In this document: positions 53,510 to 61,945 of the stretch, piece after piece
How positions within the stretch are numbered: position 1 is the stretch's first letter
How the letters are laid out: each line of letters starts with the position of its first letter
Virus record (IMG/VR): IMGVR_UViG_3300045988_151747
Source: a virus
Reading direction: 5' to 3' (one strand)
Length of the DNA stretch: 64,000 bases
Position numbers and translations under genes: made by a program
Notes under the pieces: model-generated
The model's database searches: none
Told to the model about the DNA's origin: nothing
The model's input: only the letters and a program-made list of their open reading frames with translations

Positions 53510-54259
53510 TTACAAGTCTTTTGGAATATATACTTTATTAATTTGATTCTTGAACACATCATACATACATCCCATCTTGTGTGCCTGCATATTCAATATG
53601 ACAAAACTTGACAGGTTATCCTTGGATAGGTTTTCCATAAGTTCGGCATAAGTAAGTTTTGAACCCCACATAAGTCCGGCAGCTATTTTACCTTTAAATT
53701 TCGGGTGTGCACCTATCCATTCTTTCATTTGTTCATAGTCGGAAATATCATCTATGACAAATTTAAGATAATCGTGTTCATCCATAAGCACCCAGTTTTC
53801 CGAGCGCATTTTTGTAGTTTCTCCTGTACTGCCTAGTTTATAGTCAACCACAAAAGATATACGATTTACGTACTCTCCGCCCATGTCACCATAGTAATTT
53901 CTGAAAGGAACATAATTGGCTAGGGAAACAGACCCGTTAGTTTCTACCACGATAAGAAAGTTAGCTTGAATGAGGTCTGTAATCAACTTAGGAATATCTG
54001 GGCGCTTCAACAATGGTTCACCACCTGTAAGGCAAATGATGTTATGCCCTATATCATGGCACGTGGCTAGTATTTCGTCAAGTCCCATTTCGGTTCCACT
54101 ACTCATTTCCAATGCCTCCGGAGTATCACAAAGAACTCCTTTGGTTGATTTGTAACATCTCAAGTTACATCCTGATAAACGGATAAAAGTACATGGCATA
54201 CCGATTCCGAATCGGTTTACCTCACCCATATAGCCGGGATAGATGCTGTTTATTTTCAT
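53510..54259 (-). CDS. queE: 7-carboxy-7-deazaguanine synthase (QueE, radical SAM)
   Basis: ...GEVNRFGIGMPCTFIRLSGCNLRCYKSTKGVLCDTPEAL... and ...ICLTGGEPLL... match QueE cluster- and SAM-binding motifs. Confidence 0.85.
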   Translation of the reverse strand: MKINSIYPGYMGEVNRFGIGMPCTFIRLSGCNLRCYKSTKGVLCDTPEALEMSSGTEMGLDEILATCHDIGHNIICLTGGEPLLKRPDIPKLITDLIQANFLIVVETNGSVSLANYVPFRNYYGDMGGEYVNRISFVVDYKLGSTGETTKMRSENWVLMDEHDYLKFVIDDISDYEQMKEWIGAHPKFKGKIAAGLMWGSKLTYAELMENLSKDNLSSFVILNMQAHKMGCMYDVFKNQINKVYIPKDL

Positions 54260-54270
54260 ATTGGTTATAT

Positions 54271-54726
54271 TTAGAATGATAAGACAAATAATTTTTCCGA
54301 GCGGTTAAGATAAGGGGAAAACATTTCTCTCTTACTTTTGTAGATGCCGCAAAAGTACCCTATGGCATTTACAATCGTATCACGGAGTTTAGGTTTCTCA
54401 CTACGCAAAAGGTCTATAAGCCTTTCGGCACGTTCCTCGGTAGGAGTATCCAAGTAGTCGTTTATACGTTCATAGTATCTTCCCAGCGTGATATTACCCC
54501 TTACCATAGGGTAGTAAGTCTGATGTCGGTAATAGTTAGCCATTTCCCCTAATAGGGAAATACATATAACACCTCCGGCAAGTTCAGCCAGACGTGTGTT
54601 TTCTACAATCTTGTTTTTAGTTCCGGTCAAGGATTTCAAAGGCTTTTCACAACCTTTGGGAACTCTAAATTCAATAGAACTCCCCACTAAGTAGCGGAAG
54701 AGTTCTTGGGTACGTTTGTTCTCCAT
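54271..54726 (-). CDS. Hypothetical protein embedded in the deazaguanine cluster
   Basis: 151-aa ORF between queE and dpdA. Confidence 0.5.
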   Translation of the reverse strand: MENKRTQELFRYLVGSSIEFRVPKGCEKPLKSLTGTKNKIVENTRLAELAGGVICISLLGEMANYYRHQTYYPMVRGNITLGRYYERINDYLDTPTEERAERLIDLLRSEKPKLRDTIVNAIGYFCGIYKSKREMFSPYLNRSEKLFVLSF

Positions 54727-54781
54727 AACTGTCTAGGTTTCTTATGATATTTTGTAGAATGTAGTCTGCGTTTCGGTTTTC

Positions 54782-55540
54782 TCATTGCCGTTTTCTTTTA
54801 CGTGAAACTTTTTCGGTTTCCTTTTCCTCCACTATTTCCTCCACATCAACTATATCCTCACGTGAGGACGGTTTTGCCGGAATGGATATGGTGGACGGTT
54901 GTTCTATTTCCTTGGGAGCACCTCCGAATATTTTGGATAAGATACCACCGCCGGCAGAAGTGGCAGCACCCCCAGCAGCACCTTTAGCCTCGATATTTAC
55001 CGATATTCGTTCTCTTCCCAGTTCGGCTTTAGCAGCCATCAAATCATTAAGGCGGTCAATCTCTCCGGAAAGTCCGGCATCAGCGACACCACCGTCAACC
55101 TTTTCAATAACAGAACCTCTTCTTACTCTTTCATACTGGATGTCAATAAGGAAGTCCATCATATCGGCAGGTGTGGCAGGTTTCTTGTCACCCCAGTCTA
55201 TACCACAGGCAAAATCCTTTCTGTACATAGGACACTTGTCATAAATGTAGCAGGAATTGCAGTTCATTCCTACGCCTATAATCTCATTTACAGATACCTT
55301 GTCACGGGTATTGACAATAAACTTGTCAAAGTCCTCACACCATATATCCATAGGGAGAGTTTTTATCCGCTTAAGATAATACTCCCGGCAGTCAAGAAGA
55401 TTATCCTCGGTTTTTCTACAAGTCATGCAGTCGGGATAACCCCCTTTTTCAAAGAAAGGACACAAATGTCTTTTCAACAAATCAGCATCCTCCGTACCAC
55501 GAACAGCCTCGATTCTTTTTTCAATTGTATCAGTTGCCAT
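54782..55540 (-). CDS. Cys-rich hypothetical protein embedded in the deazaguanine cluster
   Basis: 252 aa. Contains CPFFEKGGYPDCMTCRKTEDNLLDC and CNSCYIYDKCPMYRKDFAC, then a Gly/Ala-rich linker and an acidic tail. Confidence 0.55.
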   Translation of the reverse strand: MATDTIEKRIEAVRGTEDADLLKRHLCPFFEKGGYPDCMTCRKTEDNLLDCREYYLKRIKTLPMDIWCEDFDKFIVNTRDKVSVNEIIGVGMNCNSCYIYDKCPMYRKDFACGIDWGDKKPATPADMMDFLIDIQYERVRRGSVIEKVDGGVADAGLSGEIDRLNDLMAAKAELGRERISVNIEAKGAAGGAATSAGGGILSKIFGGAPKEIEQPSTISIPAKPSSREDIVDVEEIVEEKETEKVSRKRKRQ

Positions 55541-55541
55541 A

Positions 55542-56471
55542 CTATCTTCTTGTTTTATCGTAATACAAAACAGGTTTATTCTTTAGCTTGCAGTGAGCGA
55601 TTTTAAGAAATTCCCTGCGGAATCCCAACCACCCTAGCAGGTTCATGTTATTTATAGGAATACGCTTTTCACCACGTATATCTTCCATACTCAGCCCGGC
55701 ATCCTCATATTTGATACGGTTAGCCTTTCTTCTGTACTTATGTTTGTAGTCAATGGTGCTGAAATTTTTCCCGTCATAGTTATAAGTAGTACCAAAACGA
55801 GTACCTCCTAACCATGTTACAGAATCCACGGAAAAGAAAGGGAATCTTTGCAACAGGTTCATTTCGGTCCAAGCAAACCCATGTACTTTTGTTCCATAGG
55901 CATTTGTAATGCGATATATCTCGGCAGCATTATCTTTCATAGTCTGGTTACATCCTACGTAGTTATGTTGCTGGCAATACTCTTTAAGCCGTAACAGACC
56001 AGTCTTGTCACCCTGTGCGTCCTGATGCACCACATATACTACGTTTATATCCTTTTCGAGCGGTTTGAAATATTTTTCATTCCATCGGTCAACAACTTCC
56101 CTACCTACAATCATGTCCAAGTCAAGGTTTGCAGCGACAAATATAAACTTTTTATTTTCATGCAACCAAGCCACGTATTCCTCCAAATAAGGAAGCCAGT
56201 ATTCTTCGGTAGTCATTTTATGCTCCACTTTTTTACCCATAAAGGAGAAAGCTCCGGAGTCCGTCATAAATATACCACCTTCCTTATGTTGTTTCTCCAA
56301 TTGCGGTGGGTAAAATTTGAGTGACTTTCTCAAGTAGAAGTAAGAAACCAACGTGTCCTTTATACCGAAATCCCGTAATGTGGTATAATCACCTACGGAT
56401 GATGCGGAAAAGAACAGAGTGGCTTTTCTTTTACTCAACTCATTACCTTCTTCAAGAACTCTGCGCTCCAT
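55542..56471 (-). CDS. dpdA: DpdA-like DNA-guanine transglycosylase (TGT superfamily)
   Basis: ...GIFMTDSGAFSFMGK... resembles the DSGAF active-site block of phage DpdA. Lies next to queC/queE. Confidence 0.65.
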   Translation of the reverse strand: MERRVLEEGNELSKRKATLFFSASSVGDYTTLRDFGIKDTLVSYFYLRKSLKFYPPQLEKQHKEGGIFMTDSGAFSFMGKKVEHKMTTEEYWLPYLEEYVAWLHENKKFIFVAANLDLDMIVGREVVDRWNEKYFKPLEKDINVVYVVHQDAQGDKTGLLRLKEYCQQHNYVGCNQTMKDNAAEIYRITNAYGTKVHGFAWTEMNLLQRFPFFSVDSVTWLGGTRFGTTYNYDGKNFSTIDYKHKYRRKANRIKYEDAGLSMEDIRGEKRIPINNMNLLGWLGFRREFLKIAHCKLKNKPVLYYDKTRR

Positions 56472-57061
56472 TTTTCCCTACGTAATGAAGTTATTACTTT
56501 CTGGCATTTGTCACATACTCCGCAATTGCGCTTTTCGTTTTCCCCATCGGGGCAAAAAGTAAGATGCGAGTAATCTAGCGTACTTAGTTTCTTAGCCAGC
56601 TTTACAAACGGCACATTCATTGCCGGAGCAAGAAGTTTAATCTTATAAGATTTGGCGAACAAATATCTTGCCTCTTCATAGAAAAGATAACCACCGTCAA
56701 ACCATGAACTTCCCAAATCCACAGCACCGTATGCCACTTTCTTTATTCCCATAGCAGTAGCATAATTACCTGCCATAGAAAGAAACAAAAGATTCCGGCA
56801 GGGAATATCCACATTATGCACGTTACCATCCTTATCACGAATAGGCTCAAACTGTAAGGGGTAAGTTACTTTGCGGAAACTCTTGACGGAATCTTTATAG
56901 ACTTCAATATAATAACCTATTGCGGACAGTTCTTTTTCAATATTGTCCTGCCCATAGTCAACATAGAACAAATGAATATCATACGATTTGGAGAGTTTAT
57001 CCAGATTATACAGGCTTTCAAAACCTCCAGTAAACAGCAAAACTACTTTTTCTCTTTTCAT
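56435..57061 (-). CDS. queC: QueC-like PP-loop ATPase (7-cyano-7-deazaguanine synthase family, divergent)
   Basis: The PP-loop-like VVLLFTGGFES replaces SGGxDS. A C-terminal Cys cluster is present (FCPDGENEKRNCGVCDKCQ). Confidence 0.6.
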   Translation of the reverse strand: MKREKVVLLFTGGFESLYNLDKLSKSYDIHLFYVDYGQDNIEKELSAIGYYIEVYKDSVKSFRKVTYPLQFEPIRDKDGNVHNVDIPCRNLLFLSMAGNYATAMGIKKVAYGAVDLGSSWFDGGYLFYEEARYLFAKSYKIKLLAPAMNVPFVKLAKKLSTLDYSHLTFCPDGENEKRNCGVCDKCQKVITSLRREKWSAEFLKKVMS

Positions 57062-57070
57062 AATCTTATT

Positions 57071-57104
57071 AAATAGAAAAAGCCCACTATGTAAATAGCA
57101 GGCT
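57071..57104 (-). terminator. Rho-independent terminator after the RGG micro-ORF
   Basis: The minus-strand RNA AGCCUGCUAU-UUAC-AUAGUGGGCU forms 10 bp (two G-U pairs), followed by UUUUUC. The pairing holds only on the minus strand. Confidence 0.6.
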
Positions 57105-57127
57105 TTTTGTGAATACTTTTGGAGGGC

Positions 57128-57265
57128 TTAACGTCTACGTCCACCACGAGTAGAAGTTCTACGTCCACCGCCACCACGGGTAGCAGTTCTACGAGTAGCA
57201 CCTCCACCGCCTCTACGAGCAGTACGGGCAGCGCCACCACCGCCTCCACCTCTAGTTGTTCCCAT
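57128..57265 (-). CDS. 45-aa Arg/Gly-rich (RGG-type) microprotein, not in the ORF track
   Basis: Hand translation gives MGTTRGGGGGGAARTARRGGGGATRRTATRGGGGRRTSTRGGRRR*. It has its own consensus promoter and terminator. Confidence 0.55.
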   Translation of the reverse strand: MGTTRGGGGGGAARTARRGGGGATRRTATRGGGGRRTSTRGGRRR

Positions 57266-57332
57266 AATAGTGAAAATTTAAAAGTCCAGCAGTATTCATT
57301 TATAAAGCGATTAGCTGTAAAAACCGCTTGTG

Positions 57333-57363
57333 CAAATGTACTAAAAACTTTTATTCTTCCAAA
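57333..57363 (-). promoter_or_regulatory. Bacteroidetes sigma-A-type promoter (TTTG-N19-TACATTTG) for the RGG micro-ORF
   Basis: Minus strand reads tatTTGgaagaataaaagtttttagTACATTTGcacaag. Confidence 0.6.
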
Positions 57364-57377
57364 TAAAACCTGCGAAA

Positions 57378-57671
57378 TTATATACTTAAAAAGAATATTT
57401 TAAGTCCAATAGCAGTAGTATTCAAGGACGCATCCTGAAAAAACGGCTGGACACCTATCAATATTCCCTTTTTAGCAAAAAATTTATTGCTTATAATCGC
57501 ACCCTTAATAGCTTGGTTAAGCGCACCCGCACCAATAACTCTTATTATAATATCATTATCGGGATTGCTTTGGTAGGTAGAATAAATACTACCAGCCAAT
57601 TTCTTGGCATCAGTAGATGAACTGCATCTTAGGGTAGTGACTTTTTCTTGTACTTCATTAATTGCTTCCAT
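57378..57671 (-). CDS. SpoVS-family protein
   Basis: ...IIIRVIGAGALNQAIKGAIISNKFFAKKGILIGVQPFF...TAIGLKIF parallels B. subtilis SpoVS (...IQAIGAGALNQAVKAVAIARGF...CIPAF...TAIKLIV). Confidence 0.7.
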   Translation of the reverse strand: MEAINEVQEKVTTLRCSSSTDAKKLAGSIYSTYQSNPDNDIIIRVIGAGALNQAIKGAIISNKFFAKKGILIGVQPFFQDASLNTTAIGLKIFFLSI

Positions 57672-57721
57672 AATTACTACGATTTTACCCAGCGTGACTT
57701 TGAATAGTGCAAATATAACAA

Positions 57722-58129
57722 TTATTCGTCTACTTCCACAGATTCAAGTTGTATTTTTGAAATCTTATGTAAATCTTCCGGACGTATAACAAGCAGGTAT
57801 CCTTTACCACCTTTTTGGCGCAAAGCGATAATGGGAATTTTTTTCTCCACTTTAGCCTTGTTCCTAATATCCTCGAACAAAGTCCATATAGCGGATTTTC
57901 CCCTAACCTTACATTCAATGTACAGTTTGGGATGAAGCGTGTCGCTGTTAGTATTATGACCGCTATTACTTCCGGACAATGGAACTCTCTTTGTACCGAA
58001 ATGTTTGGCAACTTCTCTTTCAAATGACTTCCAACAGCTCTTTGACGTTGGTTTCTTAACCACTACATTATTCTTACGGATAACTTCCTTCTTAGGTCGT
58101 AATCTCCTACCGATACTTCTTTTAGGCAT
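57722..58129 (-). CDS. Small PD-(D/E)xK nuclease (Holliday-junction-resolvase-like) with a basic N-terminal tail
   Basis: FEREVAKHFG...PLSGSNSG...SDTL...LYIECKVR gives the E...D...E-x-K pattern. Paralogous to ORF 63407..63772. Confidence 0.5.
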   Translation of the reverse strand: MPKRSIGRRLRPKKEVIRKNNVVVKKPTSKSCWKSFEREVAKHFGTKRVPLSGSNSGHNTNSDTLHPKLYIECKVRGKSAIWTLFEDIRNKAKVEKKIPIIALRQKGGKGYLLVIRPEDLHKISKIQLESVEVDE

Positions 58130-58359
58130 TACATTAAAACGGTTAATATTTCCACTGGAATATCTACTCTTACAAAATGTGGATTATTGCAGGCGTTCCA
58201 GTTTTCATTAGAATTTAGGTAAGGCTGATAAAGATTACACATTCCGTTTTTGTAGAACTGTGTAATCTGATATACCTTGCCTGAATATACACTTTTTATA
58301 TAGCTTCCCAAAGGGAAACAGCTAGGATTATGGGGCATAAGTCTACATATTTTCGACAC
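58129..58359 (-). CDS. Hypothetical protein
   Basis: 76-aa ORF. Confidence 0.45.
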   Translation of the reverse strand: MSKICRLMPHNPSCFPLGSYIKSVYSGKVYQITQFYKNGMCNLYQPYLNSNENWNACNNPHFVRVDIPVEILTVLM

Positions 58360-58792
58360 CTCTTCGTGTCAGTTCCCTACTAAGCATTGCCAGCACATTA
58401 CTGAATGATTCGAGTTTTCCCGCAAGTAGGTCACGGAATATTTCCGCTTCCAGAAGTTTCTTATTCAACTTCTCCACTTCGGGAGTTACTTTAGCGGAAG
58501 TTTTTCTTTCGGTTACAGTATCACCACCTGCGGACAGCATCGCCTTATCACACGCTAAGTCATATTCAGACTTACATTGGGCATAAACAGCACAAGCTTC
58601 CATGTGTCTATCCTCGGTAAATTCACGCCATGCGGAATATTTGGCAATCATGTTACCCAGTTCGGTAGAACTTGTTTCCGCTATGGTTACTGGCATTGTG
58701 GGTAAACCTCCTTTTGGAGCCTCTACCTCGGCAAATACTTTACGGAATCTTTCTAACGGAGAAGATTCCTCTTTAGGTTTTCTTACTGGCAT
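58343..58792 (-). CDS. Hypothetical protein
   Basis: 149-aa helical ORF downstream of the Cas4-like nuclease. Confidence 0.5.
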   Translation of the reverse strand: MPVRKPKEESSPLERFRKVFAEVEAPKGGLPTMPVTIAETSSTELGNMIAKYSAWREFTEDRHMEACAVYAQCKSEYDLACDKAMLSAGGDTVTERKTSAKVTPEVEKLNKKLLEAEIFRDLLAGKLESFSNVLAMLSRELTRRGVENM

Positions 58793-58804
58793 AATTTGTG
58801 AGAT

Positions 58805-59662
58805 TTAATGTTTAAAACAATAAGTTGTATAAGGACAGCTCAAAGCAGCCTTGCAATGGGCGTCCGGACAAATTCTTGCAGGAGGAGTTTTAGTTTCCAC
58901 ACAGTCAATAATAGTGTTCATCTTTTCATCGGCTTTTTCCAACTCCGTTTCATTTACGGGCATGAGGAAATCCTTTATTTCGGAAGTATCCTTGTTTATG
59001 TACAGGTACAGAACTTTAGTAGCACCTAGTTCTCTAGCGTACAGGGATGCCTGAAACTCATGTTTGGCAAATGGACGGAATATCGCTTTTCTGTAAAAGA
59101 AAGAGTTCATGGTCTTTATTTCCAAAACCACTTTCTCCCCGAATACCGATTTCTTGAATACACCATCAGCCTTACCATTTATGTAACGGTCTTTATTCAC
59201 TACTGGAACTTCCGCCTGTTCGAGAAGTCCTATTTTATAAAGTATAGCCTGCATATATACATGATACCATGTACCCACATCGAATGTTCTTTGAAGTTCC
59301 CCCGTGATGGTGGAAACCCTAACGTCACTGGGAGGAAGCCTACATAAGTCATAGTACATGAGCCTTGGGCATCCGTCCAATAATTGTGACGGGTGAAATA
59401 CACCTTCTGCACGTTTATCCGGAGCCATTACAGTCATATAGAAATCCATGAACTCCATAAAGAAAATATCACGGTTAAAATCTTCTGTTATACCAAGAAG
59501 TTTCTTAATCTTTCTGCGGATTCCCAAAACGGAAAATATACTGGCAGAAGTAACCCCGTTTACACAGGCAGAATTTATCTTATCAGAAATTGATAAAGGT
59601 TTCTCATCGGAAGAACCTTTTATAGTTTTACGGAGTAACCTCCCTATACCACCTCTAGTCAT
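58805..59662 (-). CDS. Cas4/RecB-family PD-(D/E)xK exonuclease with a 4-Cys cluster
   Basis: GKADGVF...VVLEIKT (D...ExK) and QASLYAREL (QxxxY) are present. The Cys residues sit at GCPRLMYY and CPDAHCKAALSCPYTTYC. Confidence 0.7.
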   Translation of the reverse strand: MTRGGIGRLLRKTIKGSSDEKPLSISDKINSACVNGVTSASIFSVLGIRRKIKKLLGITEDFNRDIFFMEFMDFYMTVMAPDKRAEGVFHPSQLLDGCPRLMYYDLCRLPPSDVRVSTITGELQRTFDVGTWYHVYMQAILYKIGLLEQAEVPVVNKDRYINGKADGVFKKSVFGEKVVLEIKTMNSFFYRKAIFRPFAKHEFQASLYARELGATKVLYLYINKDTSEIKDFLMPVNETELEKADEKMNTIIDCVETKTPPARICPDAHCKAALSCPYTTYCFKH

Positions 59663-59683
59663 TTTTATTTAAGTTAAAAGGAA

Positions 59684-59710
59684 AGGAGCAGCCATTTCTG
59701 AACTGCTCCT
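59684..59710 (-). terminator. Terminator hairpin downstream of tRNA-Lys
   Basis: AGGAGCAG-N11-CTGCTCCT forms an 8-bp stem, followed on the minus strand by TTTCCTTTT. Confidence 0.6.
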
Positions 59711-59745
59711 AACACGGAATGGAAAATTACAAATATCAGAGAGTC

Positions 59746-59822
59746 TGGTGATTCCAAAGTGGCTCGAACACTTGACCCACGCCTTAAAAGGGCGTTGCTC
59801 TATCCAACTGAGCTATGGAACC
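59746..59822 (-). tRNA. tRNA-Lys (anticodon UUU), CCA encoded
   Basis: The reverse complement GGTTCCATAGCTCAGTTGGATAGAGCAACGCCCTTTTAAGGCGTGGGTCAAGTGTTCGAGCCACTTTGGAATCACCA folds into a canonical cloverleaf. It has 7/4/5/5-bp stems, the anticodon loop CTTTTAA and a GTTCGAG T-loop. Confidence 0.9.
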
Positions 59823-59897
59823 AAGTGGAACAGCATCGGCAATCTCACAAATCCAACGCTGTTCCTAGAACATCATTTAACCTCCGATTTGATGTTT

Positions 59898-59928
59898 CAA
59901 AGATAACAAATATTTTTTAGTTTCCAAA
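59898..59928 (-). promoter_or_regulatory. Bacteroidetes sigma-A-type promoter (TTTG-N19-TATCTTTG) upstream of tRNA-Lys
   Basis: Minus strand reads attTTGgaaactaaaaaatatttgtTATCTTTGaaaca. Confidence 0.55.
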
Positions 59929-59935
59929 ATGCTGT

Positions 59936-61759
59936 TTATAAAACATGAACTTTTGCTGCACTTAGAGTAGCTTTCTTGATTACTTTCCCTAAGCTGAAAG
60001 CGAGATTACTCATGTCCTCAAGCACAACCCAATGTTTGAACATTGTCTTTGGGTCATAACACATATTAATACAGACCTGAATTACAGTAAAGTCCATTTT
60101 CTCTACTTTATCCACACATTCCTTTGTATGTTCTATCGCCTTACTGCCCCTGTAACGGGAAGCACTCGGTTCACCGTCTGATAGAACAAACAGCAAAACA
60201 TGATTCTGTGTCTGTTTGCGAATACGCTGGGCGGTTTCAAGTATGGCAATACCATCCCTGTTTTCACATCTTGCCTCAACAGAACCCAGGGAATACCTTG
60301 GCTTGAAAGTTTTTTCACGATAAATCATTAGTTCGGTAGCACCGTCAAAACGACTGTCACCCGAATGACCGTAAATGAACAGTTCCACTTTTGGAGAATC
60401 CCCCAAAGCCTCATTGATAAGTATGGCAGTATCACGGGCAGCTTCTATTCTACCACCGCACATGGAACCACTCTCGTCAATAAGCACGCCCACACTTACA
60501 CCGTCAGTCCTTACTTCACCTTGTCGGATATATACGGTAGGAACACCCTGTACGGCTTCGGCAAGTTTGGAAGTATCCAGCATACCGCTTCTCATAGAGC
60601 GGTGTATGTACTGGTATTCCTTACAATGGCAACGTATAACTTTGGATATTGCCGGAGCATAACGTTTAACTCTGGCAAGTGATTCCTTGTACCGTTCCTC
60701 ATTAGTAGGAGGAAATTTGAAAAAGGCATCCTTGGTTCCTCCCATATCTACTGTGCCCTCACATACATCTCCAAGCAAACCTCTGTCCTTTTTCACGGCA
60801 TCAGCAATTTTGGAGTCATCCATACGGTCCGGCATTGAACGGTCAAGTTTGTCAAGTATATCTGAACTGTCGGATGCCATTCGTTTCTCAACCTCCACAC
60901 CCGATAGTCCTCCTCCGGAAGCGGAATCCTCTTTCATTTCCTCTTCAAGTTTGTCCTTATAGAACTCTTTAAGAATATCAAAAACCTTATAGGCAGCGAG
61001 AACCGTTTCCTTAGTAGTTACTGGATAGGGTAAAAGCACTTTCTTTATTTCAACGAGATATGGAGCATACTTTACTATCTCGGCTTCATCTATGTATTTA
61101 GGGTATCGGACAATCTCCAGTATAAGATTGAGAAGAACCTCAAAATCATTAAGTTCCGATTTTTCTTTTTTGGGAGCGACATAATCCAAGTAGTAACTGT
61201 CAAACCAGTAATATTTGCTTCGTTCCAAGAATCGTGCGAAACCCGGTTTCAAATCACCGCAAAGTTTCTCAATACGTTCATCTTCCAGTATATTGAATAA
61301 TCGGGATATGATTCTGTTACCGATAGAAGTCAGACGTTCCTTGTTTGTGTACAACAAGTGGCATCCCTCATGTACAGTGGTCCCCAAAAATACGTCCAAC
61401 CGTTCACCAACAGTAAGAGCCTTGTCAGTAAGCATTATGGTGGAAACCTGTACTTTCTGAAAGTCAGTGAAACTGTCCTCCCCGTTATGAATTACAACTT
61501 TTACCTTGTAGGGAATATCCATAGAAGTTATCATATCACGTGCCAGAGGATATGCACGCTTTATCAGTTCTGCTTCATCAGCACATTCCAGATAGTAGGA
61601 AGAATAGGCACTTCCCTCTTCCAAGGTACTTTCCCAATCAAGTTTCCCCTCTTTTCGTATATGTGTGAACGCCTTACCGTCACGTTCCAACCAATCTTCC
61701 AAAAGTTCGTCCACGATTTCATCGGTGACAACCATATCTTTATCCACAGCCATAGTCAA
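59936..61759 (-). CDS. VWA-domain protein with an N-terminal HExxH metallopeptidase-like motif (CobT/NorD-like partner of the AAA+ ATPase)
   Basis: TTVHEGCHLLY (HExxH) is present. MIDAS-like VGVLIDESGSMCGGRIEAARDTA... is followed by VLLFVLSDGEP. Confidence 0.7.
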   Translation of the reverse strand: MTMAVDKDMVVTDEIVDELLEDWLERDGKAFTHIRKEGKLDWESTLEEGSAYSSYYLECADEAELIKRAYPLARDMITSMDIPYKVKVVIHNGEDSFTDFQKVQVSTIMLTDKALTVGERLDVFLGTTVHEGCHLLYTNKERLTSIGNRIISRLFNILEDERIEKLCGDLKPGFARFLERSKYYWFDSYYLDYVAPKKEKSELNDFEVLLNLILEIVRYPKYIDEAEIVKYAPYLVEIKKVLLPYPVTTKETVLAAYKVFDILKEFYKDKLEEEMKEDSASGGGLSGVEVEKRMASDSSDILDKLDRSMPDRMDDSKIADAVKKDRGLLGDVCEGTVDMGGTKDAFFKFPPTNEERYKESLARVKRYAPAISKVIRCHCKEYQYIHRSMRSGMLDTSKLAEAVQGVPTVYIRQGEVRTDGVSVGVLIDESGSMCGGRIEAARDTAILINEALGDSPKVELFIYGHSGDSRFDGATELMIYREKTFKPRYSLGSVEARCENRDGIAILETAQRIRKQTQNHVLLFVLSDGEPSASRYRGSKAIEHTKECVDKVEKMDFTVIQVCINMCYDPKTMFKHWVVLEDMSNLAFSLGKVIKKATLSAAKVHVL

Positions 61760-61938
61760 TATGTTATTTTAAATAGTTCCTTTTTATAATACCCGGTTTT
61801 AAGCAACTCGGATTTCTTGGCATTAAGTATAGGAAACGCCCTATCTTTCAAGATGCGTTTCCCGTTATACCACAAGCTACCGTAGGTCTTTTTCTTAGGT
61901 TTGTCTACGGGAAATTGATTACTTGTTGCCATAGGCAA
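61756..61938 (-). CDS. Hypothetical small basic protein between the AAA+ and VWA genes
   Basis: 60-aa ORF with a 4-nt overlap onto the VWA gene. Confidence 0.45.
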   Translation of the reverse strand: MPMATSNQFPVDKPKKKTYGSLWYNGKRILKDRAFPILNAKKSELLKTGYYKKELFKITY

Positions 61939-61945
61939 GAAATTT

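Noticed and set aside
57058-57403. Track ORFs 57058..57249 (-, Val/Leu/Glu-rich) and 57119..57403 (+, Ser/Thr-rich).
   Set aside because: Both are alternative frames of the same GC-rich triplet-periodic stretch. Only the minus-strand Arg/Gly frame (57128..57265) starts just downstream of a consensus promoter and stops just before a strand-specific terminator.
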